55,701 nt of DNA, from positions 1 through 55,701 of the IMG/VR virus record IMGVR_UViG_3300031740_000002, one strand, 5' to 3'. Under the pieces are notes generated by a model, which ran no database searches, had not been told where the DNA came from, and was given only the letters and a program-made list of their open reading frames with translations. Positions within the stretch are counted from its first letter, which is position 1. Each line of letters opens with the position of its first letter. A program made the translations under genes and the position numbers. Positions 18,150-27,689 of the stretch are shown piece by piece. Origin of the DNA: a virus (Duplodnaviria > Caudoviricetes).

Positions 18150-18818
18150 CTACGGCTCCGGCGTGACGGGAGGCTCCTGCGGGAACACCTGCGGCTCGCC
18201 GACCTTCAGGATGGCGACCTCGCCGGTCTGGATGTTGGCGGCCAGGCCAATAACGATCAACGGAGTGGTGTCAGGCACGGTCACGGTGATGAGCACCGGG
18301 CCGGCCACTCCACCGTCGGCGGCCTTGATGGGGGTCGCCTGCAGCCGGTAGTTGGCGTGCGTGTCGTCGCGCGGCAGGATCGTCGCGGTGACGACGTTAT
18401 CCGCAGACAGGGTCACGTCGAAGGTGGTGTCGACGTTGAAGCCGCGGTTGTCCTCAGGGTCGAGATCCCACTGGACGAAGTCGTCGGTGTTCAGAACTGC
18501 GTCGGCCATGCCGTTTCCTCCTGGATCGATGATGCAGATCACGCGGCCAGTGTCCTGATCGTAGATGACGGCCGGTCCGACCTTCAGCTTAGCGGGACGC
18601 CGCAGCCAGCGCACGAAGTCCTCAGCCAGGGCGGTGACGGCATTGCTGACCACCTTGGGGCCGCAGATGGCCACGGCGGTCAGGTTCGCGCTGTGCCCGA
18701 GCATCGGGCCGAGCGCTGTGGCCGCGGCCTGCAGCGACAGCACATAGTCGTCACTCGGACCGGTGTAGACGGCCATGTCGGCTGACGCGACGTCAAGATC
18801 AGAAACTTCGAAGCCCAT
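18150..18818 (-). CDS. Hypothetical protein, acidic beta-rich C-terminal half
   Basis: 222-aa ORF co-oriented with the virion genes. Confidence 0.6.
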   Translation of the reverse strand: MGFEVSDLDVASADMAVYTGPSDDYVLSLQAAATALGPMLGHSANLTAVAICGPKVVSNAVTALAEDFVRWLRRPAKLKVGPAVIYDQDTGRVICIIDPGGNGMADAVLNTDDFVQWDLDPEDNRGFNVDTTFDVTLSADNVVTATILPRDDTHANYRLQATPIKAADGGVAGPVLITVTVPDTTPLIVIGLAANIQTGEVAILKVGEPQVFPQEPPVTPEP

Positions 18819-18827
18819 GCCGTCAGC

Positions 18828-19223
18828 CTACCGATCCCGCTCAGCAGCGCGCTGGTTGCGCTCGTAGATCTGCTCGTAGAGGCTCTCGACCTGGCCTGCC
18901 ACACCGGCGACCAGCGAACCGGCGGCGATGACGAACCACGGGTAGGGCACGGACAGGTGGGCCGGCCAGACGCTCAGGCCCCAGACGGCCAGACCGACCC
19001 AGACCGACATGCACCACGGGCAGGTCCACACGTAGGCCAGCGACCAGCCGAGCATGCCCCAGCCGGGCTTGCCGCCCAGGATCGTGCCGTCAATGTTCGT
19101 CTCGGCGAAGGTGGTGATGAACCAGCGCCGCATGGCCGCGACGGGCGGCAGGGCATCGCTGACCAGCAGTCGCGTCACGCGCCAGATCGCCAACACCATG
19201 CCGATGATGAGCCACGCGGTCAT
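18828..19223 (-). CDS. DUF1360-like membrane protein
   Basis: WRVTRLLVSD and TCPWCMSVW motifs; hydrophobic segments. Confidence 0.75.
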   Translation of the reverse strand: MTAWLIIGMVLAIWRVTRLLVSDALPPVAAMRRWFITTFAETNIDGTILGGKPGWGMLGWSLAYVWTCPWCMSVWVGLAVWGLSVWPAHLSVPYPWFVIAAGSLVAGVAGQVESLYEQIYERNQRAAERDR

Positions 19224-19327
19224 GAAGCTAGCCACTTGATCGCGCCAGCTATCGCGAAAACGACGGTGACCACCGAAGCGACTATTGCACCCAGCACCAC
19301 CAGGGCGTCGCGGATCTTCGCATCCAT
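19220..19327 (-). CDS. 35-aa single-TM protein
   Basis: TTGACG-18-TAGTGT-7-ATG; ATGA overlap with next gene; translated by hand. Confidence 0.6.
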   Translation of the reverse strand: MDAKIRDALVVLGAIVASVVTVVFAIAGAIKWLAS

Positions 19328-19346
19328 GACGCGAACACTACGGCTA

Positions 19347-19370
19347 GACCTAGTGACACGTCAAGTGGTA
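19347..19370. promoter_or_regulatory. TGAC-N2-GTCA motif copy
   Basis: GACCTAGTGACACGTCAAGTGGTA between divergent genes. Confidence 0.8.
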
Positions 19371-19381
19371 GCGTCGCGGCC

Positions 19382-19969
19382 ATGAACGTATTCACACGCG
19401 TAGCAACTGCGATCCTCGCCGGCATGCTCGCGCTGGCCCTGATGGGCGCGCAGGGATGCCGCGCTCCGGTCGTCACGCCGTCGCCGTCCAGCTCGCAGAT
19501 CGCGGCGCCAGGCGCACCCACCGACGCGCCGACGCAGATCATCGAGCTGCCCCCGCTGGCTGTCGCGGTGCCGCCAGACTTCCCGCACGCGGCCAGCCCG
19601 CCGCTGCCCGGCCACCGACTGCTCACCATCCTGATCCAGACCCGCGACGCCCAGAGAGCGGTGAACCGGGCACGGGTCGGCGTGCGCATCGTCGGCTACT
19701 CCGATGACGGCTCGCCGGTGCTGGCCGACGCTCAGCCGTTCTACATCGATGAAGAGCAGAGCACGCCGTGCATCTACGACATCGACGTGGGCGCCGGCGT
19801 GGTGCTGGTGGACGTGACGGTGGCGCTGTTCGGCTGGCGCGGCGAGCAGGTGCTGATCACCGCCGAGGAGTACGGCGCACCTACCGGCCTGAGTGGTGGT
19901 GGCGCCATCGACCCGATCATGGGTGAGCGTGGCGTCATCATCGCCAGCCTGCCCATCTCGATGCTGTGA
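19382..19969 (+). CDS. Lipoprotein
   Basis: Signal peptide ending AQGC, Pro/Ser/Thr linker; TAGCGT 7 nt before ATG. Confidence 0.7.
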   Translation: MNVFTRVATAILAGMLALALMGAQGCRAPVVTPSPSSSQIAAPGAPTDAPTQIIELPPLAVAVPPDFPHAASPPLPGHRLLTILIQTRDAQRAVNRARVGVRIVGYSDDGSPVLADAQPFYIDEEQSTPCIYDIDVGAGVVLVDVTVALFGWRGEQVLITAEEYGAPTGLSGGGAIDPIMGERGVIIASLPISML

Positions 19970-20143
19970 CATGACGAGAGCGCCCCGCGCTGGCCTGCAG
20001 GGCGCTCTCACTCAGCCAGTCTTCCCTCCGGCTGGCGTCATGCTAGCGCAGAGCGGTATTTCATCGAAGGCAACTCACGGAAAACCCCTGTCCTGGGATC
20101 TCCCCAGGCACCATGCCGCCCTGCGCCGGCCATGCTACCAACC

Positions 20144-20566
20144 TCAGGCGACATACCAGAACGAGCTGGCGCGTGGCTGATTACAGAAGCCGTTCCAGGG
20201 CATGTAGGTGTCGGTGCAGTTGGCCAGTCGGTTGGTCGCGCCACCCAGCGTGGTCACTGTCGTGATCAGCGGTCCGCTGCATCCGGCGTTCTCGTAGAAC
20301 GCGGCCGAGGTGCCAGCGGTGATCTTCACCGAACGGGCCACGTCGTTGATCGGCGCGTTCATCGGGATGCACTGGTTGCTCAGCGGCGCCGTCCAGTGAT
20401 AGGTCGGCGTGCCGGTCAGGCTGGAGTTGTTCCACATGCAGATGTTGATCGACCCGCAGGACTCGCCGGCTGCAGCGGCGGGGGAGGCCACGACCAGTGA
20501 CGCGCCGGCGAGGATCAGCAGCGCCACCACCAACGACGCAGCGCGGCGCAGAATAGTAATCAGCAT
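20144..20566 (-). CDS. Secreted peptidase inhibitor I36-like protein
   Basis: Signal peptide (ASPAAA), then CGSINICMW..G and NDVARSV. Confidence 0.7.
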   Translation of the reverse strand: MLITILRRAASLVVALLILAGASLVVASPAAAAGESCGSINICMWNNSSLTGTPTYHWTAPLSNQCIPMNAPINDVARSVKITAGTSAAFYENAGCSGPLITTVTTLGGATNRLANCTDTYMPWNGFCNQPRASSFWYVA

Positions 20567-20598
20567 GCGACACACCGTAGCAGGATGGGAGTACGAGA

Positions 20599-20739
20599 AT
20601 GGGCAAGAATGACGAGCCGCGCTCCGGCCCGGTAGGCAACCAGGACCCGAGCAAGCGCGGCCTGGGCCGCGCCCAGGAGGAGTACCGCAAAGACGCCGAG
20701 CGCGACCAGAAGCAGCAGGGCAAGCCTGACAAGCGCTAG
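20599..20739 (+). CDS. 46-aa hydrophilic protein
   Basis: GGGAG RBS; high-GC codon usage; translated by hand. Confidence 0.5.
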   Translation: MGKNDEPRSGPVGNQDPSKRGLGRAQEEYRKDAERDQKQQGKPDKR

Positions 20740-20966
20740 CGCGAGCGGCGACGCTTGCGAGTCTTGCTCGGATCACGCGCCGAAATGCCGTGCGTGCTGA
20801 TGGTCCAGCCCTCCAGGCGACGGCGGTGTCCGGGCACGCCGCGATCGTCGTCGCGTCGATACCAGTCGCCACGGGCAGCGCGGCCGGGCCGCTCGGTCAC
20901 ACGTAGCGGATAGCTGCGCGACGGCGTCACAAGACGTGGTGGCGAACTCGCATCCCTGAGACTCAC
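20736..20966 (-). CDS. Arg-rich hypothetical protein
   Basis: TTGACG-18-TAGGTT-7-GTG leaderless geometry. Confidence 0.5.
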   Translation of the reverse strand: MSLRDASSPPRLVTPSRSYPLRVTERPGRAARGDWYRRDDDRGVPGHRRRLEGWTISTHGISARDPSKTRKRRRSR

Positions 20967-20985
20967 GGCCGCGAACCTACCGGTC

Positions 20986-21008
20986 GACCTAGTGACACGT
21001 CAAGCGGT
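20986..21008. promoter_or_regulatory. TGAC-N2-GTCA motif copy
   Basis: GACCTAGTGACACGTCAAGCGGT. Confidence 0.8.
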
Positions 21009-21106
21009 CAATCCTTACCACCGCCGCGCATCATGGCCGTGGACAGCAGGAACAGGATCACCGCAGCCACAATAACGATATAGACGACGGTTTCGGTGTC
21101 ATTCAT
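21008..21106 (-). CDS. 32-aa single-TM protein
   Basis: ATG abuts terminase stop; hydrophobic core; translated by hand. Confidence 0.45.
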   Translation of the reverse strand: MNDTETVVYIVIVAAVILFLLSTAMMRGGGKD

Positions 21107-22621
21107 CTAGCGCCCCCACGGCAACATACTCATCTCGGACAGAGCCAGTGCGCCGGCCGAAGACGTCGAACCGGTCGACGGCACGGGCAGCAGTTCGTAG
21201 GCCAAGTGCACGCTGGCGTCGATGCGGCCGGGCGAGTCCCCGCCCGGCGTCCAGGTCGACCACTCCGACTCCAGGTCGGGCAGGTAGGCCGAGGTGCCGC
21301 AGCGGTCCTCTATCCACTGCTGGCCGATCGGCTCGGCGCGCAGGTACTTACCGCGACGACTGTGCACGCTGATGATGCGCGGACACAGGTCGCCGAAGCG
21401 CGCCGGGTCCTCAGCGTGCAGGCGGTCCCAACTCGTGCGGATGACGTACTCAGCCTGATCGCCGCCGTAGTTGGCCTCGAAAACGATGAAGTCGGCGCCG
21501 ATGTCCGCGGCGAGCTCGCAGGCCGCACGCCCCCAAGCGTCAGCCGACATGACGCCGGAGCGGTCATGGCTGAACATGAGCCGGCCATCCTCGCCCAGGT
21601 AGCCGCCGATGATGCCCGCCGTGTCGCGGCCACCGCCGGAAGGGTCGACAGCCACCCCCACGCGTGACGGAGGCGAGCAGGTGCCGCGCTGGTGGCAGCG
21701 CCGCTCGCGCAGCAGGTCGGCCTTGACGAGCACACCCTCAGGCGCCTTCGGGTCGCACTGGTACAGGGCGCGCCAGTCGCGCACGCTGACGGTGGAGCGC
21801 ATCAACTCCCAGTGCCGGATCAGCGCCGAGACGTTGCCGGCCGGCACGGCAGGGTGCGGGATGGGATCGCCGGCGTTGCGCCCGAGCGGATCGGTGGCAG
21901 GGTTTTCGCAGAGCGCGGCCATGATGCACACGCGCCAACGCCCGCCGTTCTCAACCAGGCCCTGCTCGTTGACCACGCGGGCGCGCAGGTCGTCCGGATG
22001 CCAGGGCGTTTGGATCAACAGAACGGACGTGCCCGGCACCGAACGGGTCATCAGGTCGCCGGACCACCAGTCATAGATGGCGTCCCGGCGAGCCACCGAC
22101 TCAGCCTCGGCGCGAGACTTGGTCGGGTCGTCAACCACGATCAGGTCGCCGTCGTGGCCGGTGATACCCGACCCGACGCCGACGGCGCGCACGCCGCCCC
22201 CGGTGGTCAGCGACCAGTCCTTTTTGGTGCCGGCGCCGCGCTCGAGCACCAGCCCGTAGGCGGCGCCGTAGGTCTGCACGAGCTTGCGGATGTGCACGCC
22301 GGCGCGGGTGGCCAGGTCGTCGCCGTAGCAGCCGATGATGACGCGGTGGGTGGGATGGCGGATCAGCCACCAGAAGACGAACCACTCAACGGCGGTGCGG
22401 GTCTTGCCCACGCGCGGCGGCGTGTTGACCATCAGCCGGTCGAACTCCGCGCGCTCCAGCGCGGCGAGCTCGGCGCCGATGACCTCGAGGTGCGCTCGGA
22501 CCTCGTAGCGCGGATCGAGCTTGGCGGCCAGGGTGACCGGGTTTTCCAGCTCCGGTCGCTCGTCGCCGCGTGTCGCGTCAGGGTCGATCAGGTCGGCGAC
22601 GGCGCTATACAGGCCGGACAT
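21107..22621 (-). CDS. Terminase large subunit
   Basis: PPRVGKT, LIVVDDP, VAVDPSG, FEANYGG, SPGRIDA. Confidence 0.95.
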   Translation of the reverse strand: MSGLYSAVADLIDPDATRGDERPELENPVTLAAKLDPRYEVRAHLEVIGAELAALERAEFDRLMVNTPPRVGKTRTAVEWFVFWWLIRHPTHRVIIGCYGDDLATRAGVHIRKLVQTYGAAYGLVLERGAGTKKDWSLTTGGGVRAVGVGSGITGHDGDLIVVDDPTKSRAEAESVARRDAIYDWWSGDLMTRSVPGTSVLLIQTPWHPDDLRARVVNEQGLVENGGRWRVCIMAALCENPATDPLGRNAGDPIPHPAVPAGNVSALIRHWELMRSTVSVRDWRALYQCDPKAPEGVLVKADLLRERRCHQRGTCSPPSRVGVAVDPSGGGRDTAGIIGGYLGEDGRLMFSHDRSGVMSADAWGRAACELAADIGADFIVFEANYGGDQAEYVIRTSWDRLHAEDPARFGDLCPRIISVHSRRGKYLRAEPIGQQWIEDRCGTSAYLPDLESEWSTWTPGGDSPGRIDASVHLAYELLPVPSTGSTSSAGALALSEMSMLPWGR

Positions 22622-22832
22622 GGCTTTCCGCCGGATGGCCCTCCGGATCATCCTCCCTACCGACGAGACGCCCGCTCTCGTCGAACACGTAGGGATGGCG
22701 CCGACGGCGCGGCTGTGGCGCGCGAGGCTCAGCGGTGACCCAGGCGATGTAGCCGATCACGGCCAGCATCAGACCGACCGACAACCAGGAGCATGCCAGC
22801 ACGGTAGCCAGATCCCAGATCGTCGGCGTCAC
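22605..22832 (-). CDS. Small membrane protein
   Basis: One TM segment; coupled to both terminase genes. Confidence 0.5.
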   Translation of the reverse strand: MTPTIWDLATVLACSWLSVGLMLAVIGYIAWVTAEPRAPQPRRRRHPYVFDESGRLVGREDDPEGHPAESHVRPV

Positions 22833-23527
22833 GCCGGAACCCCCTCGATCGCCTCCGGCACAGGCATCGCGATGGACGACGCACCCGACGTAACCACGTC
22901 CAGCGCGCGCAGCTTGCGAGCCACCGCCCGGCGTTGATCCTCGCTGAGCGCCACCTCGGCGTCCAGGAGCACCGTCACGAGCGCGGCCACCTGCGACTGT
23001 TCAAAGGTGAGCCGGCGCGAGTCCAGATCGAGGCGCAGCAGGGCCTCGCCGAGCTTGGCGAAGCGGTCGCGTTCCTCGTTGAGCAGCTTGACCCAGATGT
23101 TGATGCCCGGTCCTGACTTGACCTTGCGTTCGGGCGGCGTGAGCGACTCCCCGCCGTCGCTGGCCGCGGCAGGCTGCGACTCCTCGACCGACGTGGTCCC
23201 CCAGACGACCTCGCGTGGCAGGAGTTGCACGCACATCGCTTCGTAGGCGTCGATCAGCCCGGCGGTGCGCCAGTACTCCTCCAGCAGCCCGTCGATCGGG
23301 TTGATCTCGCGCGGCACGCCGAACAGTCGCGCCGTCTCGCGTGCCGAGGCCAGCGCTGCGGCCTTGACGTGGCTCTCTGTGTTCCCGCCGTGCAGGAAGC
23401 AGGAGCCGTAGCCCAGGTGCCCGGTGCCGTGCCCAGCGGAGCGTCGACAGGTCCGCCCGCTGCCGTCCTTCACCATGGCTCCGCAGAACACGCGGCTGCG
23501 TATAGGGGGAATCTGGACAGTTGTCAT
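22829..23527 (-). CDS. Terminase small subunit (HGG-motif)
   Basis: CGA..C..AGHGTGHLGYGSCFLHGG; upstream of large subunit. Confidence 0.75.
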   Translation of the reverse strand: MTTVQIPPIRSRVFCGAMVKDGSGRTCRRSAGHGTGHLGYGSCFLHGGNTESHVKAAALASARETARLFGVPREINPIDGLLEEYWRTAGLIDAYEAMCVQLLPREVVWGTTSVEESQPAAASDGGESLTPPERKVKSGPGINIWVKLLNEERDRFAKLGEALLRLDLDSRRLTFEQSQVAALVTVLLDAEVALSEDQRRAVARKLRALDVVTSGASSIAMPVPEAIEGVPA

Positions 23528-23545
23528 AGCCCTGACATTTCCTCC

Positions 23546-24208
23546 CTATCTGCCAATACCGCCCGGACCACTTGACGTGTCACGCGATAACTGTATGCCC
23601 TCGATCGCGTCCAGTACACCGCGGCGAGGTGGCGGCACCGGCGCCGACGTGATGCCCAACTCGCGCGCCATCTCGACCAGATCGTCCCGCCGCGCGCCAG
23701 CTCTGATCTTGCCGCCACGCTCCCGGATCAGTGCGCCGAGCACCTTGACCGTAAGTTGCTGCACCGGTGCCGGTCCGGGCATGACGTCAGGCAGTCGCGC
23801 CCAACCCAGCGCCTCGATCGACGACACCGCCGAGAAATACCAGCCGTGCTGGAAGTCGCCGTGCCACCAGCCGCACCAGAGCCGCTCGTCGTGGCGGGAC
23901 GCGCGGATCGTGGCCACCCGGACCAGGCCCTTGGCCGCCACGATCGCGATGGAGCGGTAGGCCGACGCCTGCCACCCGTGGGCGCGAGCGGTGCGCAGCA
24001 CTGCCGCGGCGTTGGTCGGCAGGTCGTCCAGACGTGAATCGGATACACGTTCGCTGACCAGCACCACCGGCGCAGGCGCAGGTGGTGAATCCGATTCATG
24101 TTGAGCCGCGTTCTGCGCCGCGATGCGCTGCGCGATGCGCACGCGCTCGGCGGCCATCGCCGCGGCGCCCGGTCGCCCGAACTCGACGAGCCAGGCCTGC
24201 GCGTTCAC
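23546..24208 (-). CDS. Hypothetical protein with C-terminal HeH/Rho-N-like motif
   Basis: LTVKVLGALIRERGGKIRAGARRDDLVE; GTGA coupling. Confidence 0.55.
   Translation of the reverse strand: MNAQAWLVEFGRPGAAAMAAERVRIAQRIAAQNAAQHESDSPPAPAPVVLVSERVSDSRLDDLPTNAAAVLRTARAHGWQASAYRSIAIVAAKGLVRVATIRASRHDERLWCGWWHGDFQHGWYFSAVSSIEALGWARLPDVMPGPAPVQQLTVKVLGALIRERGGKIRAGARRDDLVEMARELGITSAPVPPPRRGVLDAIEGIQLSRDTSSGPGGIGR
23567..23583. promoter_or_regulatory. TGAC-N2-GTCA motif copy
   Basis: ACCACTTGACGTGTCAC upstream of small terminase. Confidence 0.7.
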
Positions 24209-24468
24209 TGCTCGCTGCCCCGCGCCCAGTCGGGCACAACCGTGATCTCGGCCACCTCGAAGGGTGGGCACGGAACCGGCGTACACGCCTTCGGCTCCGA
24301 GGGAGTCCACACCAGTTCGACCGCGTGCGATCCGCAGCCGGCGTAGTCGAGCCGCGCCGTGTACGGGATGCCCTCCTCCTCCATCAGGTCGAGCACGTCA
24401 CCGACGCTCGGTCCCCGCCCGGTTTGATCGAACGGCAACTCGCGCCGTCGCTCCTCAGTCGCCCCCAT
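24205..24468 (-). CDS. Hypothetical protein
   Basis: Overlaps neighbours in a minus-strand operon. Confidence 0.5.
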   Translation of the reverse strand: MGATEERRRELPFDQTGRGPSVGDVLDLMEEEGIPYTARLDYAGCGSHAVELVWTPSEPKACTPVPCPPFEVAEITVVPDWARGSEQ

Positions 24469-25042
24469 CGGCCATACCCTCTCGGTTTTGAAACTGAGGC
24501 ACGCCGCCCCAGATCTGATTGAATTTGCGCTCCCACTCCGCGGGAGTCACCGGCAGTCGGATCTCGGGCTCGCTGCCCCAGAGTTGGATGCGCACGCCCG
24601 GACCCATGGCGTCCACGACGCGCCGCTTCTCGGTCCAGCAGGTCACCACCTGCACATCGTCACCGTAGACGTGCGCATCCTGCAATGCATCGAAAACATT
24701 GCGCTCCAGCTTGTCGCTGTCGCCAGCGCCATTATCGGTCACATTGGGCACGGCCAGCGAGAAGATAAGCCACATCCGCACGTCCCATGTGCGCGGAATC
24801 CAGGGCGTTTCTTCCGTGAATTCGCGGCCCGGATCGCCCGCCTTCAAATGCTGCTCGGCGGCGTAGGCGACGATCTTCCGCCAGCGTTTGGACGACTCGC
24901 TGTCACGCAACTGCGGCATGCGCGCATAGCCCTTGCACTTGGGGCAACAATGGCACTTCGGGGCGCGCGGCTCCAGCGACCCCTTAGTGGTCGGATGGCC
25001 AGGAACCCACAGGTCCAGATGCAGCGCAGGCACGTCAGTCAC
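24455..25042 (-). CDS. RusA-like Holliday junction resolvase
   Basis: VPGHPTTKGS and DSDKLERNVFDAL..YGDDVQV. Confidence 0.85.
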   Translation of the reverse strand: MTDVPALHLDLWVPGHPTTKGSLEPRAPKCHCCPKCKGYARMPQLRDSESSKRWRKIVAYAAEQHLKAGDPGREFTEETPWIPRTWDVRMWLIFSLAVPNVTDNGAGDSDKLERNVFDALQDAHVYGDDVQVVTCWTEKRRVVDAMGPGVRIQLWGSEPEIRLPVTPAEWERKFNQIWGGVPQFQNREGMADGGD

Positions 25043-25272
25043 GACTCCGCACCCTCAAAACGCACCGCGGCTGCGGCGTAATGCGCCTGAGCCATCGTCG
25101 CCAAAGCAAGACAGGCGGCAGCGCCAGCGGCCACAATCTCAACTGGCTGCTCTGTTGCAAGCTTTTTGAGGTTCACGTGAGCTAGACGCAACGCATCGTC
25201 ACCATTACGGAGATGCTCCATCCGCCATGCCCACGTCAGGAAGACCTGCGAATCATCGGTCCCTTTGTCCAT
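25039..25272 (-). CDS. Hypothetical protein
   Basis: MDKGTDD start just after helicase stop; GTGA overlap with resolvase. Confidence 0.55.
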   Translation of the reverse strand: MDKGTDDSQVFLTWAWRMEHLRNGDDALRLAHVNLKKLATEQPVEIVAAGAAACLALATMAQAHYAAAAVRFEGAES

Positions 25273-25274
25273 CG

Positions 25275-26972
25275 TCAATTCCCCTTCATCCAGGCCGGCA
25301 GATGCGGATCGATCCGACTCGACGCCAGCACCAACGAAATGGCCGCGGACACCTCGCCCGAGCGTGCGCCCGGATCGACGTGCACACCCAGTCGTGCCGC
25401 CAGGGCCTGCATCTTCTGACTGGGCGGCGCGGCCCGCCAACTGCGTTTCTTGGTGGCTGTGGTCCGCTCAGCCGCGCTGACCTCGCCCTCAGCCCAGGCC
25501 ATCGCGTAGGGCAGGTCCGGCACGGCCTGCACGATCCAGCGGCCGGTATGGCGCTGGGTGCGGTGCATCGCGGTCACGTCGTAGCCACCCATGGCGCCGG
25601 GCACGATCGCTATGTAGCGCTCGCCGGCCTCGATGTAGAACACGCCAGCGCGGGTACGGTGCCACTGCATCGGCGACGCGGCGAACAGATCCACCTCATC
25701 GGCGACCAGCGGACCGCCGTTCCAGTCGCCGAGCAGGGCGCGGCGCGCGTCCATCTGGCCCGGCGCCAACTCGTCAGGATCTTCGTCGCCGAGTAGAAGC
25801 TGATCCTTTTCGGTCAGCTTGCGTGGCGACCGGTCGGTGTCGTCACCGAACAGGCTGATGCCCGACACCAGCGAGTGGTGCCGCGTCACACCGACCACGT
25901 CCAACAACAGCGCGTCGGTCTTGCCGGGGTAGGGGCGGATCACCCGGCCGGCGATCTGCTTGTAGAGCACCGGCGAGCGGGTCGGGCGGGCGATCAGCGC
26001 GCAGTCGGCGGACGGATCGTCGAAGCCCTCCGTCAGGATCATGCAGTTGAGCATGATCTTGGTTCTACCGGCCCTGAAATCGTCCAGGACGGCCTTTCGC
26101 TCCCCGGCGGGCATTCCGCCATGCACGAGCCCTACGGCGTGCCCAGCGTCGCGCAGGGCGTCCGCAATGAGCGCCGCAGACGCCACGGTGGGCGCGAACG
26201 CGATGATCCTGCGGTCGGCGGCATGCTCAGCCACCGCCTTGACGATCGCCTCCGGCGCCATGGAGCGCATGAGCGCGTCACCGAGATCCTCGGCCCGGTA
26301 GTCCCCGCCACTGCTGCGCACCGCGCTCAGGTCAAGATCGTCGACCTGGACGTGGATGCCGCGGGGGCGTACCAGCCAGCCCGCGGCGATCGCGTCAGCG
26401 ATCGACATCGAGTGCACGACGTCCTGCCACACCTGGCCCAGGGCGAGCTCGTCGCCGCGCTCCATGGTGGCGGTGAAACCGACGGCCACGGCGGTGCCGG
26501 GCGTGCCGATCGGCGCGTTCGCGGCCTCCCCGAGCGCGCCGAAATGGGTGAGCACGTCGAGGTACGTGCGTGCCGGCGCGTGATGGCACTCGTCGATGAT
26601 CAACAGTCCGACGTTGCGCAGCATGTCGCGCCGGTTGCCGCGCGAGAGCGTCTGCACCGAGGCGCACACCAGCCGGGCCAGCGTCTCGTTCCAGTGCGCC
26701 TGCACCCGCCCGACCCGAAGGCCCGGCGCCACCGAGCGGAACTTGTCGGTCATCTGGTCGAGCAGCTCGCCGGTGTGGGCGATGCCGACCGCCCGCCCAC
26801 CTGGGTTGGCCTCCAGCCAGTTCACCGCGAGGCGGGCGAAGCCGACGGTCTTGCCTGCGCCGGTCGGCCACACCACGGCAGGGCGGCGCAGGCCTCGCGC
26901 CCACGCCGCCTCGACCGCAGCCACACCCTCGAGCTGGTAGGGACGAAGGGCCAGCATCTGCCCCGTCGTCAT
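25275..26972 (-). CDS. Superfamily 2 (DEAD/DEAH-like) helicase
   Basis: LRPYQ, PTGAGKT, DECHH, TAT, LTEGFD, QIAGRVIR. Confidence 0.93.
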   Translation of the reverse strand: MTTGQMLALRPYQLEGVAAVEAAWARGLRRPAVVWPTGAGKTVGFARLAVNWLEANPGGRAVGIAHTGELLDQMTDKFRSVAPGLRVGRVQAHWNETLARLVCASVQTLSRGNRRDMLRNVGLLIIDECHHAPARTYLDVLTHFGALGEAANAPIGTPGTAVAVGFTATMERGDELALGQVWQDVVHSMSIADAIAAGWLVRPRGIHVQVDDLDLSAVRSSGGDYRAEDLGDALMRSMAPEAIVKAVAEHAADRRIIAFAPTVASAALIADALRDAGHAVGLVHGGMPAGERKAVLDDFRAGRTKIMLNCMILTEGFDDPSADCALIARPTRSPVLYKQIAGRVIRPYPGKTDALLLDVVGVTRHHSLVSGISLFGDDTDRSPRKLTEKDQLLLGDEDPDELAPGQMDARRALLGDWNGGPLVADEVDLFAASPMQWHRTRAGVFYIEAGERYIAIVPGAMGGYDVTAMHRTQRHTGRWIVQAVPDLPYAMAWAEGEVSAAERTTATKKRSWRAAPPSQKMQALAARLGVHVDPGARSGEVSAAISLVLASSRIDPHLPAWMKGN

Positions 26973-27175
26973 GACCCGTACAGGAGTACGCCGGCGCGCA
27001 ATACCCGAGACTGCGACTGCCACCAACGGAACTCGCGCGCCGCCTCGGCGACCCGGTGCGCCAGGTCGCGATCCACCGACCCGAACACTCGACGGTCCTG
27101 CACCACCACGGCCACTGCAGCGAGATAGCGCCGCTGCGCCCGTTCCAGATCCGGTGACCACGCCCGATCAGTCAT
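26969..27175 (-). CDS. Hypothetical protein
   Basis: TTGACA-19-TAGAGT-7-ATG; ATGA overlap with helicase. Confidence 0.55.
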   Translation of the reverse strand: MTDRAWSPDLERAQRRYLAAVAVVVQDRRVFGSVDRDLAHRVAEAAREFRWWQSQSRVLRAGVLLYGS

Positions 27176-27195
27176 GGGCGGAACTCTACCCGCCA

Positions 27196-27219
27196 GACCT
27201 AGTGACGTGTCAAGTGGTA
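27196..27219. promoter_or_regulatory. TGAC-N2-GTCA motif copy
   Basis: GACCTAGTGACGTGTCAAGTGGTA. Confidence 0.8.
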
Positions 27220-27402
27220 GCGGCGTGCGCAGCAGTGCGGCGGTAGGCCGGCGTGCAGGTCGGTGCGCCCCCAGCACGGGCATCCCCAGGGTGTCGACTT
27301 GCCGCAGTCGCGCGGGGACTCCCAGCACCGGCACGGGTACGCCTCGCCGGCACCCACGCCGCGCCCGAGCATCCCCGACGCGGCCAGCCACACGCCCCTC
27401 AC
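27199..27402 (-). CDS. Small Cys-rich protein
   Basis: CRC, C, CPC and CC in 67 aa; GTGA coupling. Confidence 0.5.
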   Translation of the reverse strand: MRGVWLAASGMLGRGVGAGEAYPCRCWESPRDCGKSTPWGCPCWGRTDLHAGLPPHCCARRYHLTRH

Positions 27403-27686
27403 GGCGCGCTGCGCCGGTACCAGGCGACGAGCAGACCGCTGCCGCGCCCCTGCTCCGACGTCCGCCTGGACGCCTTCTCGATCAGCCCGTGCTTCGCCGC
27501 GGCGTGCAGCAGGTTCGCCACCGTAGTGATCTTGAGTCCGCACGCTGCGGCGACCACTCGAGCCAGGGCCATCCCGCGCAGCCACTGCCCGCAGCCGAGC
27601 AGAGCCCAGGCCATCCGCCAGGCCGGCCCGACGCGTACGCCACAGTTCGGGTACCGACCCCAGAAGTTCGGAGCTTCCTCATCCAT
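27399..27686 (-). CDS. Putative winged-helix DNA-binding protein
   Basis: GLKITTVANLLHAAAKHGLIE. Confidence 0.5.
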   Translation of the reverse strand: MDEEAPNFWGRYPNCGVRVGPAWRMAWALLGCGQWLRGMALARVVAAACGLKITTVANLLHAAAKHGLIEKASRRTSEQGRGSGLLVAWYRRSAP

Positions 27687-27689
27687 AGC

